A DNA stretch of 64,000 nucleotides, taken from positions 3,665 to 67,664 of the forward strand of contig CACEFI010000001.1 of the NCBI GenBank assembly GCA_902558795.1, given 5' to 3'. The translations under genes were made by a program, and so were the position numbers. The first letter of the stretch is position 1. The number at the start of each line of letters is the position of its first letter. Below are positions 21,899 through 32,945 of this stretch, in pieces. Below the pieces are notes generated by a model. That model saw only the letters and a program-made list of their open reading frames with translations, made no database searches and had not been told where the DNA came from. This DNA comes from an uncultured Pelagibacteraceae bacterium (GTDB lineage Bacteria > Pseudomonadota > Alphaproteobacteria > Pelagibacterales > Pelagibacteraceae).

Positions 21899-22687
21899 AT
21901 GTCAGCTGAAAAAAAACACGATTACCACTTAGTAGACCCAAGCCCTTGGCCTATCTATGTTTCATTCTCTTGCTTAGTATTAGCAATTGGAACAATTTTT
22001 TATATGCACAATGATGTTTCGTGGGGAATGTATCTTGGATTAGCTTTAGTTTTATATGGAGCGTATATGTGGTTTAGAGATGTTGTGATAGAAGCAGAAC
22101 ATCAAGGTCATCATACACCTGTTGTTCAAATTCATCACCGATATGGTATGACTTTATTTATAGCATCAGAGGTTATGTTCTTTGTTGCATGGTTTTGGGC
22201 TTACTTTGATATAAGTTTATTTCCAAATGAGTTTGTTGGAAATGTTTGGCCACCAAAAGATATTGAAACATTTGATCCATGGGATATTCCATTAATTAAC
22301 ACATTGGTTTTACTTCTTTCAGGAACAACAGTTACTTGGGCTCATCATTCACTACTAGAAGGTGACAGAAAAGGTTTTATACAAGGTTTAACATTAACAG
22401 TTATTTTAGGTTTCTTTTTTACCTTACTTCAAGCCTACGAATATCATCATGCTACATTTGATTACTCTGGTCATATTTATGGTGCAGTATTCTATATGGC
22501 AACAGGATTTCACGGATTTCATGTTATCATTGGAACAATATTTTTAGCGGTATGTTTGTGGAGAGGTAAATTAGGTCATTTCACTAAAGATCACCATTTT
22601 GGATTTGAGGCTGCAGCATGGTATTGGCACTTTGTTGACGTTGTTTGGTTATTCTTATTCGCTGCGATTTATATTTGGGGAAGTTAA
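21899..22687 (+). CDS. ctaE: Cytochrome c oxidase subunit III
   Basis: HLVDPSPWP, FIASEVMFF, ATGFHGFHV, WYWHFVDVVWLFL. Confidence 0.97.
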   Translation: MSAEKKHDYHLVDPSPWPIYVSFSCLVLAIGTIFYMHNDVSWGMYLGLALVLYGAYMWFRDVVIEAEHQGHHTPVVQIHHRYGMTLFIASEVMFFVAWFWAYFDISLFPNEFVGNVWPPKDIETFDPWDIPLINTLVLLLSGTTVTWAHHSLLEGDRKGFIQGLTLTVILGFFFTLLQAYEYHHATFDYSGHIYGAVFYMATGFHGFHVIIGTIFLAVCLWRGKLGHFTKDHHFGFEAAAWYWHFVDVVWLFLFAAIYIWGS

Positions 22688-22697
22688 TATTTAACTC

Positions 22698-23351
22698 TTG
22701 AAGAATAAGTTTTTATTTTCTGTATTCGTTTATTTTATCATTCTGGTTCTGATTTCATTAGGATCGTGGCAATTATATAGATTAAGCTGGAAACTAGATC
22801 TGATAAAACAAATTGAAGATTCATTAAAAAATAAGCCAGTTGAATTATCTAAAATCGAAGAAAAAAACTTTTTAAGAATAAAAACGTCTGGGAAAATTAA
22901 TTTTCAAAAACAGATTTATTTATACAATTTAAATGAAAACGGTAAACCAGGGTTTGAAGTGGTAAATCCTATTTTGATAAATAACAAAAATTACTTAATT
23001 AACAGAGGATGGATACCATTTGATAAAAAAAATAAATCTGAAATTAATTTAGTTAATCAAAACAACATAGTTGGAACTTTAAAAACTCAATCAAAGGCAA
23101 ATTCTTTTAAACCTAAAAATGATATTGAAAAAAATTATTGGTTTACATTAAATAGAGATGATATTTTTAAATATACGGGTAAAAAGTTTTCAAAATATAT
23201 AATTTATTTAAATGGAGATTATAGTTTGCCAAAACCAAAAGTGGTAACTGCCAAAATTTCAAACAACCATAAAAAGTATGCAATTACTTGGTTTTCAATG
23301 GCGATTTCAATCCTTTTAATATATCTATATTTTAGAAAAAAGAATTATTAG
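22698..23351 (+). CDS. surf1: SURF1 family cytochrome oxidase assembly protein
   Basis: LGSWQLYRLSWK, INRGWIP, NNHKKYAITWF. TTG start. Confidence 0.92.
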   Translation: MKNKFLFSVFVYFIILVLISLGSWQLYRLSWKLDLIKQIEDSLKNKPVELSKIEEKNFLRIKTSGKINFQKQIYLYNLNENGKPGFEVVNPILINNKNYLINRGWIPFDKKNKSEINLVNQNNIVGTLKTQSKANSFKPKNDIEKNYWFTLNRDDIFKYTGKKFSKYIIYLNGDYSLPKPKVVTAKISNNHKKYAITWFSMAISILLIYLYFRKKNY

Positions 23352-24725
23352 ATGGAATACATTAGTACAAGAAATAACAAAAAAACCTTTGAATTTAAGG
23401 ATGTTTTTATAAAAGGTCTTGCAGATGACGGTGGTTTATTCATACCAAAATCTCTGCATAAAATAGATATTAACGAGCTTAGAGGCCTAGAGTACAACGA
23501 TTTAGCAAAGAAAGTTATTTATCCGTTTATAGGTAGCTTCATGAGTATAGCGGATTTAGATAAAATTATTGATCAATCTTATGCAGTTTTTAGAAAAAAA
23601 AATGTTATTGATTTAATTAAAGTTGGTGATCGATCTGTACTTGAATTATTTCATGGCCCAACTTTAGCTTTTAAAGATGTAGCAATGCAACTATTAGGTA
23701 ATTTTTATGAGTATTACCTAAATAATCAAAATGAAAAGCTTAATATTGTTGTTGCAACTTCAGGAGATACAGGGGCAGCAGCTATTGATGCAATAAAAGG
23801 TAAAAGTAATGTTAATATCTTTGTACTACATCCTCATAACAGAGTGTCATCTGTTCAAAGAAAATTGATGACAACTGGTAAAGACAAAAACGTTTTTAAT
23901 ATTGCCGTAAATGGAAATTTTGATGATTGTCAGAATTTGGTTAAAACAATGTTTGCAGACAAAAATTTTTCAAATGATATTAAGATGTCAGGTGTAAATT
24001 CTATAAACTGGGCACGTATCATTGCCCAAAGTGTATATTATTTTTATAGCTATTTTTTAATAGAGGATGACAGTCGTCCCATTAATTTTTCTGTGCCGAC
24101 AGGAAATTTTGGTGACGTATATGCGGGATATATGGCAAAAAAAATGGGGCTTCCAATTAATAAATTAATAGTAGCAACTAATCAGAATGACATTCTTCAC
24201 AGGGCTATCTCAAATGGTGGCTATGAAGTAGAAAATGTACTTGAAACATTATCTCCTAGTATGGATATACAAGTTGCAAGTAATTTTGAAAGATTACTTT
24301 ATGATTTAAATCAAGGCGATGATTTGCAAACAATAGATGCAATGAAAAATATTAAAGAAAAAGGAAAATATATCATTAATCAGGAAAAACTAGATAAAAT
24401 AAATGCTAATTTTTTATCTTCTAGAATGAGTGAAGAGGAAGTTTTAAATACCATTAAAGATGTTTATAAAAAATTTAACGTTGTATTAGATCCGCATAGT
24501 GCAATCGGTTATGGAGCATTTGATAAAATAAATTTAGATGGAAATAATATAGTTTTAGCAACAGCACACCCGTGTAAATTTCCTGATGCAATTAAAAAAG
24601 CTATAGATATAAAAGCAGACCTACCTAAAGAATTGATGTTTGTAATGGATGAAAAAGAAAATTATGATATTATTGATAATGATGTTGAAAAAATTAAGCA
24701 ACATATAAAAGAAAGAATTCAATGA
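23352..24725 (+). CDS. thrC: Threonine synthase
   Basis: YISTR, GLADDGGL, LELFHGPTLAFKD, ATSGDTG, NSINWAR, VPTGNFGD. Confidence 0.97.
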   Translation: MEYISTRNNKKTFEFKDVFIKGLADDGGLFIPKSLHKIDINELRGLEYNDLAKKVIYPFIGSFMSIADLDKIIDQSYAVFRKKNVIDLIKVGDRSVLELFHGPTLAFKDVAMQLLGNFYEYYLNNQNEKLNIVVATSGDTGAAAIDAIKGKSNVNIFVLHPHNRVSSVQRKLMTTGKDKNVFNIAVNGNFDDCQNLVKTMFADKNFSNDIKMSGVNSINWARIIAQSVYYFYSYFLIEDDSRPINFSVPTGNFGDVYAGYMAKKMGLPINKLIVATNQNDILHRAISNGGYEVENVLETLSPSMDIQVASNFERLLYDLNQGDDLQTIDAMKNIKEKGKYIINQEKLDKINANFLSSRMSEEEVLNTIKDVYKKFNVVLDPHSAIGYGAFDKINLDGNNIVLATAHPCKFPDAIKKAIDIKADLPKELMFVMDEKENYDIIDNDVEKIKQHIKERIQ

Positions 24726-25207
24726 ATATAAATGAAAATGATCAAATTCCTAATGTGGATATTTTTGTTATGGAAAATGGAGAGCCCATTAAAAAAAATA
24801 TTCAAGTACTTTTAAAAGATAAGAAAGCAGTTATTTTTGGTCTTCCAGGCGCATATACTTCAGTATGCTCAACAAAACATCTGCCCGGATATGTGAATAT
24901 GTTTGATCAATATAAGGAAAAGGGAATTGATTATATTATTTGTATTTCAGTTAATGATCCATTTGTAATGAATGCCTGGGGTAAAGAGCATAATGTTGGT
25001 GATAAGATATTAATGATTGGGGATCCATTTTTAAATTTTACTAAAGCAATTGGAGCTGATGTAGATAAAAGTCCAAGAGGACTTGGTATTAGATCTAACA
25101 GATATACGATGCTAGTTTATAATTTAAAGATTGTTAAACTGCAAGAGGAGACAGATACAGGATCTTGTGAAGTTTCAGCCGCAGAAAATTTTATTAAATT
25201 AGTCTAA
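24722..25207 (+). CDS. Peroxiredoxin (Prx5/redoxin type)
   Basis: PGAYTSVCSTKHLPGY (PxxxTxxC), SVNDPFVMNAW, RSNRY. Confidence 0.92.
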   Translation: MNINENDQIPNVDIFVMENGEPIKKNIQVLLKDKKAVIFGLPGAYTSVCSTKHLPGYVNMFDQYKEKGIDYIICISVNDPFVMNAWGKEHNVGDKILMIGDPFLNFTKAIGADVDKSPRGLGIRSNRYTMLVYNLKIVKLQEETDTGSCEVSAAENFIKLV

Positions 25208-25624
25208 ATTTGCAGCCTTTTTTGCCATTAAATCCACTTCTTCATTCATAGGATTGCCAGCATGAGCTTTCACCCAATTCCATTTAACGTCTAAAGATTT
25301 ATCTAAATTATAAAGTTCAATCCATAAATCTTTATTTTTAACATCTTCTTTTTTAGATGTTTGCCAATTATTATTGATCCATTTATTTATCCACTCTGTT
25401 ATTCCAAGTTTGACGTACTGAGAGTCTGTATAAATAGTAATTTCTGAATTCTCACTTATCTCCCTTAATGCGTTAATAGGGGCTAATAATTCCATCCTAT
25501 TATTAGTTGTATTTTTTTCACTACCGCTAATTTTTTTTATTTTTCCATCATTATTAATTATTGCTGCCCAACCACCATTTCCAGGATTTGTTAGACAAGA
25601 ACCATCGGTATAGATTTCAATCAT
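25199..25624 (-). CDS. rnhA: Ribonuclease HI
   Basis: IYTDGSC..NPG.GGW, TTNNRMEL, TDSQY, WVKAHAG..NE.VD. Confidence 0.97.
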   Translation of the reverse strand: MIEIYTDGSCLTNPGNGGWAAIINNDGKIKKISGSEKNTTNNRMELLAPINALREISENSEITIYTDSQYVKLGITEWINKWINNNWQTSKKEDVKNKDLWIELYNLDKSLDVKWNWVKAHAGNPMNEEVDLMAKKAANLD

Positions 25625-26589
25625 TAATTTAAATATTCTTTGTAGGATCTTAAGTTGTTATGTGTAATAAGTTTTTGATAATACTCATTTGGATCTTTAA
25701 TTTTTATTAATGCAGTTTTAGGGGTATTTGAATAGTCATACAGTCTTGTTAAAAGATATCTTAGTGCAGCCCCTCTACATAAGATATTTAGTGATTTTTT
25801 TTCTTTTAGTGAAATTTTCTTAACACTTTCATAACCTTTTATTAATTTTTTTATCTTTTGTTTGTTCATCTCAAATTTTGAGTTTTTATGATCAAAGCAT
25901 AAAGCATTAATACAAATAGCAATTTCATACATAAAGATATCATTCGCAGCAAAATAAAAGTCAATAACTCCTGATAATTTATCTTTTTTAAAAAAAATGT
26001 TATCTATAAATAAATCACCATGTATTATTCCCTGAGGAAGTTTTGATGGCCAGTTTTTTTTAATTTCTTTTAAATTATTTGTTAAAAATTTTTGTAAGTT
26101 AGAAAATTTTTTTGATTTAAATTTAATACTTTTTAATAATGGTCCCAACTCTTTTATACCCATAGAATTTTTTCTAGAAATTTTAATTTTTTTTGTAATT
26201 TGATGAATGTTTGCAATTACTTTTCCTACCTCATAACAATTATTAAGATTTAATTTAATCTTATCTTTTCCATTTATAAAAGAAACAATGCATGCCTTTT
26301 TATTTTTTATTTTTATTAAGTGCGAATCATTTTTACTTTTCAAAGGTTTTGGACAATTAATATTTGAGTTATTAAGCAGTTCCATTAGTTTCATAAAGAA
26401 AGGTATTTCTTTATCTGAAACTCTCTTTTCAAAAATTGTTAAAATAAACTTATTTTTTTTTGTTTTTAATAAGTAATTCGTATTTTCAATTCCTTTTTTA
26501 ATTCCCTTGAAATGAGTGATTCTCTCCATTTCAAACTGATCATTAATTGAAACAATGTCCTTCTTGTTAATCTTTGTGTAAACAGCCAT
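25624..26589 (-). CDS. thrB: Homoserine kinase (type II, APH-like)
   Basis: MAVYT, GIENTNY, LTIFE, IHGDLFIDN, IDFYFA, LRYLLTRL. Confidence 0.92.
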   Translation of the reverse strand: MAVYTKINKKDIVSINDQFEMERITHFKGIKKGIENTNYLLKTKKNKFILTIFEKRVSDKEIPFFMKLMELLNNSNINCPKPLKSKNDSHLIKIKNKKACIVSFINGKDKIKLNLNNCYEVGKVIANIHQITKKIKISRKNSMGIKELGPLLKSIKFKSKKFSNLQKFLTNNLKEIKKNWPSKLPQGIIHGDLFIDNIFFKKDKLSGVIDFYFAANDIFMYEIAICINALCFDHKNSKFEMNKQKIKKLIKGYESVKKISLKEKKSLNILCRGAALRYLLTRLYDYSNTPKTALIKIKDPNEYYQKLITHNNLRSYKEYLN

Positions 26590-27534
26590 TTAATTTAATT
26601 TTTTTGGGATTTTAAATACTACGTCTTCTTTGATTATTTCTACTTCATCTATCTTAATAGTAAATCTTTTTTTTAAATCATTAATAAAATTGTCTACTAA
26701 TATTTCAGGAGCTGAAGCTCCCGAAGAAATACCAATCGTATTTGCGTTTTCAATTTTATCATAAGGTATTTCACTCTCAGAGTGGATTAACATCGAGTTT
26801 TCGCAGCCAGATTTTTTAGCAACTTCTACAAGTCTTACTGAGTTTGAGGAATTTCTACTACCTATTATAAAAAACATGTCACAATTTTTAGCTATATTTT
26901 TAACAGCCATTTGCCTATTGGTTGTTGCATAACAAATATCTTCTTTTTGAGGTTCTTTTATATTTTCAAATCTGTTTTTTAAAATTTTAATAATTTCTTT
27001 TGTATCGTCTACAGATAGAGTCGTTTGAGTCACAAATGCAATTTTTTTATTATTTTTATCATCATAATTTTTGGCCTCTTGTTCATTTTGTATAAGATCA
27101 ATCGACCCTCTAGGTAATTGACCCATGGTGCCTATTACTTCAGGGTGATTTTTATGACCTATTAAAATTATATGGTATCCAGCTTTATTTAAATTTTCAG
27201 CTTCTCTATGCACTTTAGAGACCAATGGACATGTTGCGTCGACATAAGTCATATTATAATTTTTGGCATCCTCAGGTATTTTTTTTGGCACTCCATGAGC
27301 TGAAAAAATAACTGGTCTTGATCTATCTTTTATTTCTTCAAGCTCTTCAACAAACACAGCTCCTTTTTTTTTTAGATCATCAACAACAAATTTATTGTGG
27401 ACTATTTCGTGACGAACATAAACTGGAGCACCGTATTTTTGAATTGATTTTTCTACAATTTCTATCGCTCTTTCAACACCAGCACAAAAACCTCTAGGTG
27501 CAGATAACAATATATTTAATTCTTTATTTTTCAT
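26590..27534 (-). CDS. ispH: 4-hydroxy-3-methylbut-2-enyl diphosphate reductase
   Basis: PRGFCAGVERA, SAHG, DATCPLV, DICYATTNRQ, SSNS, GASAP. Confidence 0.97.
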   Translation of the reverse strand: MKNKELNILLSAPRGFCAGVERAIEIVEKSIQKYGAPVYVRHEIVHNKFVVDDLKKKGAVFVEELEEIKDRSRPVIFSAHGVPKKIPEDAKNYNMTYVDATCPLVSKVHREAENLNKAGYHIILIGHKNHPEVIGTMGQLPRGSIDLIQNEQEAKNYDDKNNKKIAFVTQTTLSVDDTKEIIKILKNRFENIKEPQKEDICYATTNRQMAVKNIAKNCDMFFIIGSRNSSNSVRLVEVAKKSGCENSMLIHSESEIPYDKIENANTIGISSGASAPEILVDNFINDLKKRFTIKIDEVEIIKEDVVFKIPKKLN

Positions 27535-28459
27535 TTTTTTCTAAAAAATATTCCAGCAATATATGTGGAAAGGTTAAAGACGCCAAACCTATAAATATTA
27601 CTTTTAAAATTGCACTATCTAAATTGTATGAATTGTTCAGCAGATATAATGCAATAAAAGAAAAAACACCTGTTAAAATGGTTAAAGGTAAAGCTTTTTT
27701 AATAAATAATCCAAATCCATTAGCTACACTATTAGGATTAAGTTCGATGGCTAGTGAAATTGAATGTCTAATTGAATGTAAAAAACAGAAATAAATAGTA
27801 AAAGCAAGTAGTGGAGATAAATAGTAATTTAATATTAAAATTGAAAAATAATCCAAAAAAATTATAAATTTTTTGATTTCAAAATTATTTAGGAAAAGAA
27901 AAATACTAGACAGGGTACTACAGAATATTCCTAATTGAATTACTTTATTTGTTTCAATAAAATTTAAACTTAAATAAAACATCTCATTATCAATTAATAA
28001 TAATTTGAAAATAGCTACAGTTTCCTGAAAATGAAAATATAAAGGAGCAAGTATAATTAAAAATCCTTTAAAAAAATAAAGCATTTGAGTGAAATAAGAT
28101 TTATTGTTAATTAAAAATTGTGTATCCTCTTTACCAAAATGATAGGAAGCAATTATTAAAAAAATAATTAAAGTAATTGATGGCAATAGCATCCAAGTTG
28201 CTATTACAACCCCCGAAATTAAAATATAAGTAATATAGAAAATATAAATTGATTTTAAATTAAATAGCTCTAGCAGTTTTTGGCCCTTGATATGGTCTAA
28301 TGCACCATGGGAAACACCTATAATTAAAATTAAAAGTAAACACAAAATTGTTGAAACATTCGAATTGCTATATTTAAAAATAAAAATACAAAAAATGTTA
28401 ACAAAAAAGAAAAAAATAAATGAGTGATTTAGATTTATTTTTTTTACTTTGTCGCTCAT
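27524..28459 (-). CDS. blh: Beta-carotene 15,15'-dioxygenase (Brp/Blh)
   Basis: Polytopic membrane protein with His motifs GVSHGALDH, YHFG, FCFLHSIRH and LTFPH. Follows crtY. Confidence 0.9.
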   Translation of the reverse strand: MSDKVKKINLNHSFIFFFFVNIFCIFIFKYSNSNVSTILCLLLILIIGVSHGALDHIKGQKLLELFNLKSIYIFYITYILISGVVIATWMLLPSITLIIFLIIASYHFGKEDTQFLINNKSYFTQMLYFFKGFLIILAPLYFHFQETVAIFKLLLIDNEMFYLSLNFIETNKVIQLGIFCSTLSSIFLFLNNFEIKKFIIFLDYFSILILNYYLSPLLAFTIYFCFLHSIRHSISLAIELNPNSVANGFGLFIKKALPLTILTGVFSFIALYLLNNSYNLDSAILKVIFIGLASLTFPHILLEYFLEKNEK

Positions 28460-28460
28460 A

Positions 28461-29525
28461 TTAAATTAATTCTTTTAAAAATTTCCATTTAGGCATTTTT
28501 AGAATAACTTCTAAATCTTCAAAAAAACTACTTCTATTTGATAAAAAATTAATAGCTGTTTTAGGTCTTGAATTAAAAACCTTGAAAAATATGTTACCCA
28601 TTTCTGTGGAATTATTTTTAAGAACTCTTAATAAAATTTTATCTAAAAAATCATATTTTGAGTTAATTTTAAATAAATTCACATTTTTTATATTCTCTAT
28701 GTTTTCTCTTATATATCTGCTCTGCTCTTGAATATTGAGGAAAGTATAACCTGTGCTCAATCTAGTCATACCTCCTGCCGAGCCTATGTAAATTTCATTG
28801 AATTTTTTTACATTTTTTTGTCTAAAAAGTGGAATTGCTCCAGTTTCTTTAAAATTAATTTTACAGTTTCTGATATTTAAGTGTTTATTCAAGTAATCAT
28901 CAATCTGTTCATCATAATTTTTAAGTTTTTCATCATTTAGCTCAGATATCCATGTAGTTTCAACTAATGCAGTTCTTTTAGTAAATGGTAATGTATAGAA
29001 AAAATGAACTTTGTTTCTTTGTTCACAGGCAAAGTCCATTAGATTGAATATTTCTTCATCAAAAAAGTCTTTATCTGTTTCTATTTCAACTCCACAAAAA
29101 TGCTGCCACAACTCATTCTGTTTGTTTTCAAAATTAGGCACACTATTAAATACAATTGAATTTGATCTATCTAATTCATTAATATTCTTAAAAAAATGAA
29201 TATTTTTATTCAATTTAAGTTTTGAAAGTATTTTTTCATAAAACATACCACTATCAATTGTCTGATATGGGGTAGATTGGCAATCCACATATTTTGTTTT
29301 ATCTGGAGTATTTATTGTAAAATTATTCCAGCTTTTTTTAATACAATCGTCAAAGTTATGTGAAAAAACCCCCCAAAAAGACCAAGTTTTATCTCTTTTA
29401 TATTCTTCCCTTGGCTCAATGATAGCCAAAGTTTTATTTTTTAATTTATCATGAATTTCTAATTCATATGCTAAGGAGAGACCCGCGCAACCTCCACCTA
29501 TAATTATATAATCAAATTCTTTCAT
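28461..29525 (-). CDS. crtY: Lycopene beta-cyclase
   Basis: IIGGGCAGLSLA, DKTWSFW, QHF.G, LMDF, F.YTLPF, E.GAIP, TGY.F. Confidence 0.9.
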   Translation of the reverse strand: MKEFDYIIIGGGCAGLSLAYELEIHDKLKNKTLAIIEPREEYKRDKTWSFWGVFSHNFDDCIKKSWNNFTINTPDKTKYVDCQSTPYQTIDSGMFYEKILSKLKLNKNIHFFKNINELDRSNSIVFNSVPNFENKQNELWQHFCGVEIETDKDFFDEEIFNLMDFACEQRNKVHFFYTLPFTKRTALVETTWISELNDEKLKNYDEQIDDYLNKHLNIRNCKINFKETGAIPLFRQKNVKKFNEIYIGSAGGMTRLSTGYTFLNIQEQSRYIRENIENIKNVNLFKINSKYDFLDKILLRVLKNNSTEMGNIFFKVFNSRPKTAINFLSNRSSFFEDLEVILKMPKWKFLKELI

Positions 29526-30363
29526 TTAAATTTATTTCTTCATTAATTAAATCATGATCATGTTCAATGTTATCATCGTTTTTTCTTATAAGTGATAACT
29601 TAATTAAATCAAAAATAGACAACAAAGTTTCAACTATTTTTTCAACATTAGTCACATAAATTTTACCTGATTTCTTATAATTTTCTAAATTTTGTTTATT
29701 TAAAATTTTATAACCAATTTTTCTATAAACCCTTCTTGCAACTAAGATTGCAAAACGAAAAGCAAAAGGAATTTCTTTGATTGAATAGAATGAGTTTTCA
29801 TAATAATTTTCAGAGAGCTTTATGGTAGATTTTATCTCTTCAAAATTAAGATTTATGTAAGATCTTCCAAAATTAAGATCTTCAACAACATCCCTAGATA
29901 TATTTGTTAGTTGCATAGCAATTCCAAGATCAATAGCTGATTTTAATGAGTTTTTTTTACTTACTCTTAAAATCTTTGCCATCATCAAACCAACAGTCCC
30001 TGCCACTCTGTATGAGTAAAGTAATAAATCCTTCTTTTTATTTATTTTTATATTTTTTTGAATATCAGAATTTATTCCATCTAATAAATCTTGAACAATT
30101 TTTAAGGGAATATGAAATTCTTTTATGAGTTGCCACATATTTTTTATAACAGGATCATCAAATTTTTGATTATTAAAATTATCTTGAAAGTCTAAAAATT
30201 TTCTTTTTTTTATCTCAATTGTCTCATCACTATCAGCAATATTGTCAGCAACTCTGCAAAAGTCGTACAAAGCTGAACATTTTAAATAAGTTTGTTTTGG
30301 TAGAAAAAAACCTGCCCAATTGAATGATTTTGCGTATATCGATAAATAATTCTGATTAGCCAT
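29512..30363 (-). CDS. crtB: Phytoene synthase
   Basis: KSF, LYDFCRVADNIAD, YRVAGTVG, LGIAMQLTNISRDV.ED. Confidence 0.93.
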   Translation of the reverse strand: MANQNYLSIYAKSFNWAGFFLPKQTYLKCSALYDFCRVADNIADSDETIEIKKRKFLDFQDNFNNQKFDDPVIKNMWQLIKEFHIPLKIVQDLLDGINSDIQKNIKINKKKDLLLYSYRVAGTVGLMMAKILRVSKKNSLKSAIDLGIAMQLTNISRDVVEDLNFGRSYINLNFEEIKSTIKLSENYYENSFYSIKEIPFAFRFAILVARRVYRKIGYKILNKQNLENYKKSGKIYVTNVEKIVETLLSIFDLIKLSLIRKNDDNIEHDHDLINEEINLNERI

Positions 30364-31823
30364 TATATGATTTTATCTAATACCTTTGCAGAAGACAACA
30401 CACCTGGCACTCCTGCTCCAGGATGAGTTCCTGCTCCAACAAAGTAAAGACCATCATATACCTCTGATTTATTATGAAATCTAAAGTAAGCTGATTGAGT
30501 AAATTTTGGCTGGATAGAAAAACCAGAACCAAATTTAGTATTCAAATCATTTTCAAAGTAATCTGGTGTAAGGTAAAAATCTTCTACAATATTTTCTTTA
30601 AGATTAGGCATCAAATCCTTTTCCATTTTTTCTACCACTAATTTTTTCATTTTTTCACCTTCAATATCCCAATCAATTTTTGATTGATTATTAGGAACTG
30701 GGACTAATACATAAAAACAATCGTTACCTTCAGGAGCCATTGACTTGTCAGTCGCTGTTGGCCTATGAAGATAATAGCTAATATCTTCATTTAATTTTTT
30801 TTTGTCAAATATATCATCTAGATGTTCTTTATATTTATTACCAAATTTTATTGTGTGATGTTCTACGTTTTCATAGATTTTTTTGGTTCCAAAATAATAT
30901 ACAAACAACCCCATGGAATATTCCATACGATTTTTTTTCCAATTAAATAGGAACGAATTATTGTTATTTTGACTTAATAATTTTTCATAAACAGCAGGTG
31001 GATCTGCATTACAAATCACATTATCGGCATCTATATCAGTTTGATTATTTACTTGGACACCAGAAATTTTATTATTCTTTGAGATTATTTTAGTAACCTC
31101 ACTTTCTTTTAATATCTTTATTCCAACCTCGTTCATTAGTTTTTCATAACCTTTTATGATATTTCCAGTTCCACCCATCGAGTAATGTATGCCCCATTTT
31201 TTTTCTAAGTATAAAATTAGTCCATAAATAGAGGTTGTAGAAAAAGGGTTTCCACCCACTAACAGAGGGTGCATACTTAGCATTCTTCTCAATTTTTCAC
31301 TTTGAATATATGAAGAAACTAGGGAGTAGACAGATTTATAACTTTTAAGTTTTAATAGTGCAGGTAATTGCTGCATCATTACAAATGGTTTATCAAAAGG
31401 GACATCTGCAAGTTCAGTAAAACCTTTATCAAAGATTTTTTTTGTAAAACTTACTAACCTTTCATATCCTTTTACATCTTTTATATTTATTTTTTCAATT
31501 TGATCTTTCATTTCAGACTCATTTCCAGAGTAATTAAATTTAGTTTTATCTTCAAAAATGAATTGGTACCAAATTTTAAGTGGTGTAAGTTTAATATAAT
31601 CCTTGGGATCTTTTTTAAATAAATCAAATAATTCATTAATCAAATAGGGGGCTGTTATCACAGTTGGTCCACCGTCAAATGTAAAACCATTTTTTTTGAA
31701 TACTCTTGCTCTTCCACCTAGGTCAGGATGTTTCTCTATTATTGTTACTTCATGACCTTTTGCTCTAAGTCTTAGAGCAGCCGCAATTCCACCAAATCCT
31801 GAACCAATAACTATAGAATTCAT
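30363..31823 (-). CDS. crtI: Phytoene desaturase
   Basis: VIGSGFGG, GGRA, FDGGPTVIT, LLVGGNP, VGAGTHPGAGVPGV..SAK. Confidence 0.96.
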   Translation of the reverse strand: MNSIVIGSGFGGIAAALRLRAKGHEVTIIEKHPDLGGRARVFKKNGFTFDGGPTVITAPYLINELFDLFKKDPKDYIKLTPLKIWYQFIFEDKTKFNYSGNESEMKDQIEKINIKDVKGYERLVSFTKKIFDKGFTELADVPFDKPFVMMQQLPALLKLKSYKSVYSLVSSYIQSEKLRRMLSMHPLLVGGNPFSTTSIYGLILYLEKKWGIHYSMGGTGNIIKGYEKLMNEVGIKILKESEVTKIISKNNKISGVQVNNQTDIDADNVICNADPPAVYEKLLSQNNNNSFLFNWKKNRMEYSMGLFVYYFGTKKIYENVEHHTIKFGNKYKEHLDDIFDKKKLNEDISYYLHRPTATDKSMAPEGNDCFYVLVPVPNNQSKIDWDIEGEKMKKLVVEKMEKDLMPNLKENIVEDFYLTPDYFENDLNTKFGSGFSIQPKFTQSAYFRFHNKSEVYDGLYFVGAGTHPGAGVPGVLSSAKVLDKII

Positions 31824-31862
31824 TTTAATAATTTATAGTTTTTTAAAAAAATTGTAAGAATA

Positions 31863-32360
31863 TTATGAGTTAATCTTTTTTAACTCTTCTTTAGTTTCAT
31901 CTAGGTTTTTTTGAAATACTGCATCAAGTTTAGATTTATCAACAGAAGTTGTAATAATTTTTTTAACTGAGTCTACTGCAATTTTTATTGACGCATCTTT
32001 AATTTCTTTAATTGCAGCTTCTTTCATTTGACTTATTTTATTTTCAGCTAAATTTTTCTTAATTTCTGACGATTTGTGAAATTTATCATTAAGTTCAATG
32101 ATTAATTTATCTGAGTCTTTTTTAGCCTCATCCAAAATTTCATTACTAACTGTTTGTGCTGTATCTAATTTATTTTGGGCATTATCAAGCAATGTCTTTG
32201 CTTCAGTTCTTAGTTTCTCACTTTCATCAATTTCATTTTTGATATCAGAGATCATTTTATCTAACATCTCAGTAACTTTTTGAGGAATTTTTAGATAAAT
32301 TAGTGCCCCAAAAAAAATAACGAATGAAACTGCTACCCAAAATGTTGCATCAATTGCCAT
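31863..32360 (-). CDS. atpF: ATP synthase Fo subunit b
   Basis: DATFWVAVSF N-terminal TM plus long charged helix. Start moved to ATG 32360. Confidence 0.92.
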   Translation of the reverse strand: MAIDATFWVAVSFVIFFGALIYLKIPQKVTEMLDKMISDIKNEIDESEKLRTEAKTLLDNAQNKLDTAQTVSNEILDEAKKDSDKLIIELNDKFHKSSEIKKNLAENKISQMKEAAIKEIKDASIKIAVDSVKKIITTSVDKSKLDAVFQKNLDETKEELKKINS

Positions 32361-32943
32361 AATATTTATCTCCACTTCTCTTCGATAAATCATCTACAAT
32401 TGCTGAAATACTGCTGTTGTTAACTTCAGCACCAATAAGTTTTTGGATTAATTCTGATGAAGTCTCTATCGCTATCTTGTTGATTTTTTCAGCTGCACCG
32501 CTTTGTAGTTCTTTTATTTCTTGTTCTGCTTTGCTAATTTCCTCATCAATTTGCTTATCAAGTACTTCTTTCTTTGCACTAATATCTTTTAATGCCTTTT
32601 CTCTTGCTTGATTAAAAATATTTTTTGCTTCCATCTTACTTTTTGAAACAATTTCTTCATATTCTTTAAGCTTTTCCTCACTATTTTCTCTTTGCTTCTC
32701 TGCAGCCTCAATATTTTCTAAAATTTGTGATTTTCTAGACTCTAAGTTGTCACTTATCTTAGGAAGTATTAACTTTGATAAAATTATATACAGAATTCCA
32801 AAAGTAAGAGTTAACCAAAAGATCTGTGAAATCCAAAATTCTGGATTTAATTGAGGCATACCTCCGCTTTCAGCCGCAAAAGCTTCCATAGAAAAAAGGA
32901 AGCTAAAAAATATAGACTGAAAATATATTTTTTTAATCATCAA
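32350..32943 (-). CDS. atpF2: ATP synthase Fo subunit b'
   Basis: GMPQL...W.SQIFWL, ILPKI...LESR. Between atpE and atpF. Confidence 0.9.
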   Translation of the reverse strand: MMIKKIYFQSIFFSFLFSMEAFAAESGGMPQLNPEFWISQIFWLTLTFGILYIILSKLILPKISDNLESRKSQILENIEAAEKQRENSEEKLKEYEEIVSKSKMEAKNIFNQAREKALKDISAKKEVLDKQIDEEISKAEQEIKELQSGAAEKINKIAIETSSELIQKLIGAEVNNSSISAIVDDLSKRSGDKYYGN

Positions 32944-32945
32944 AT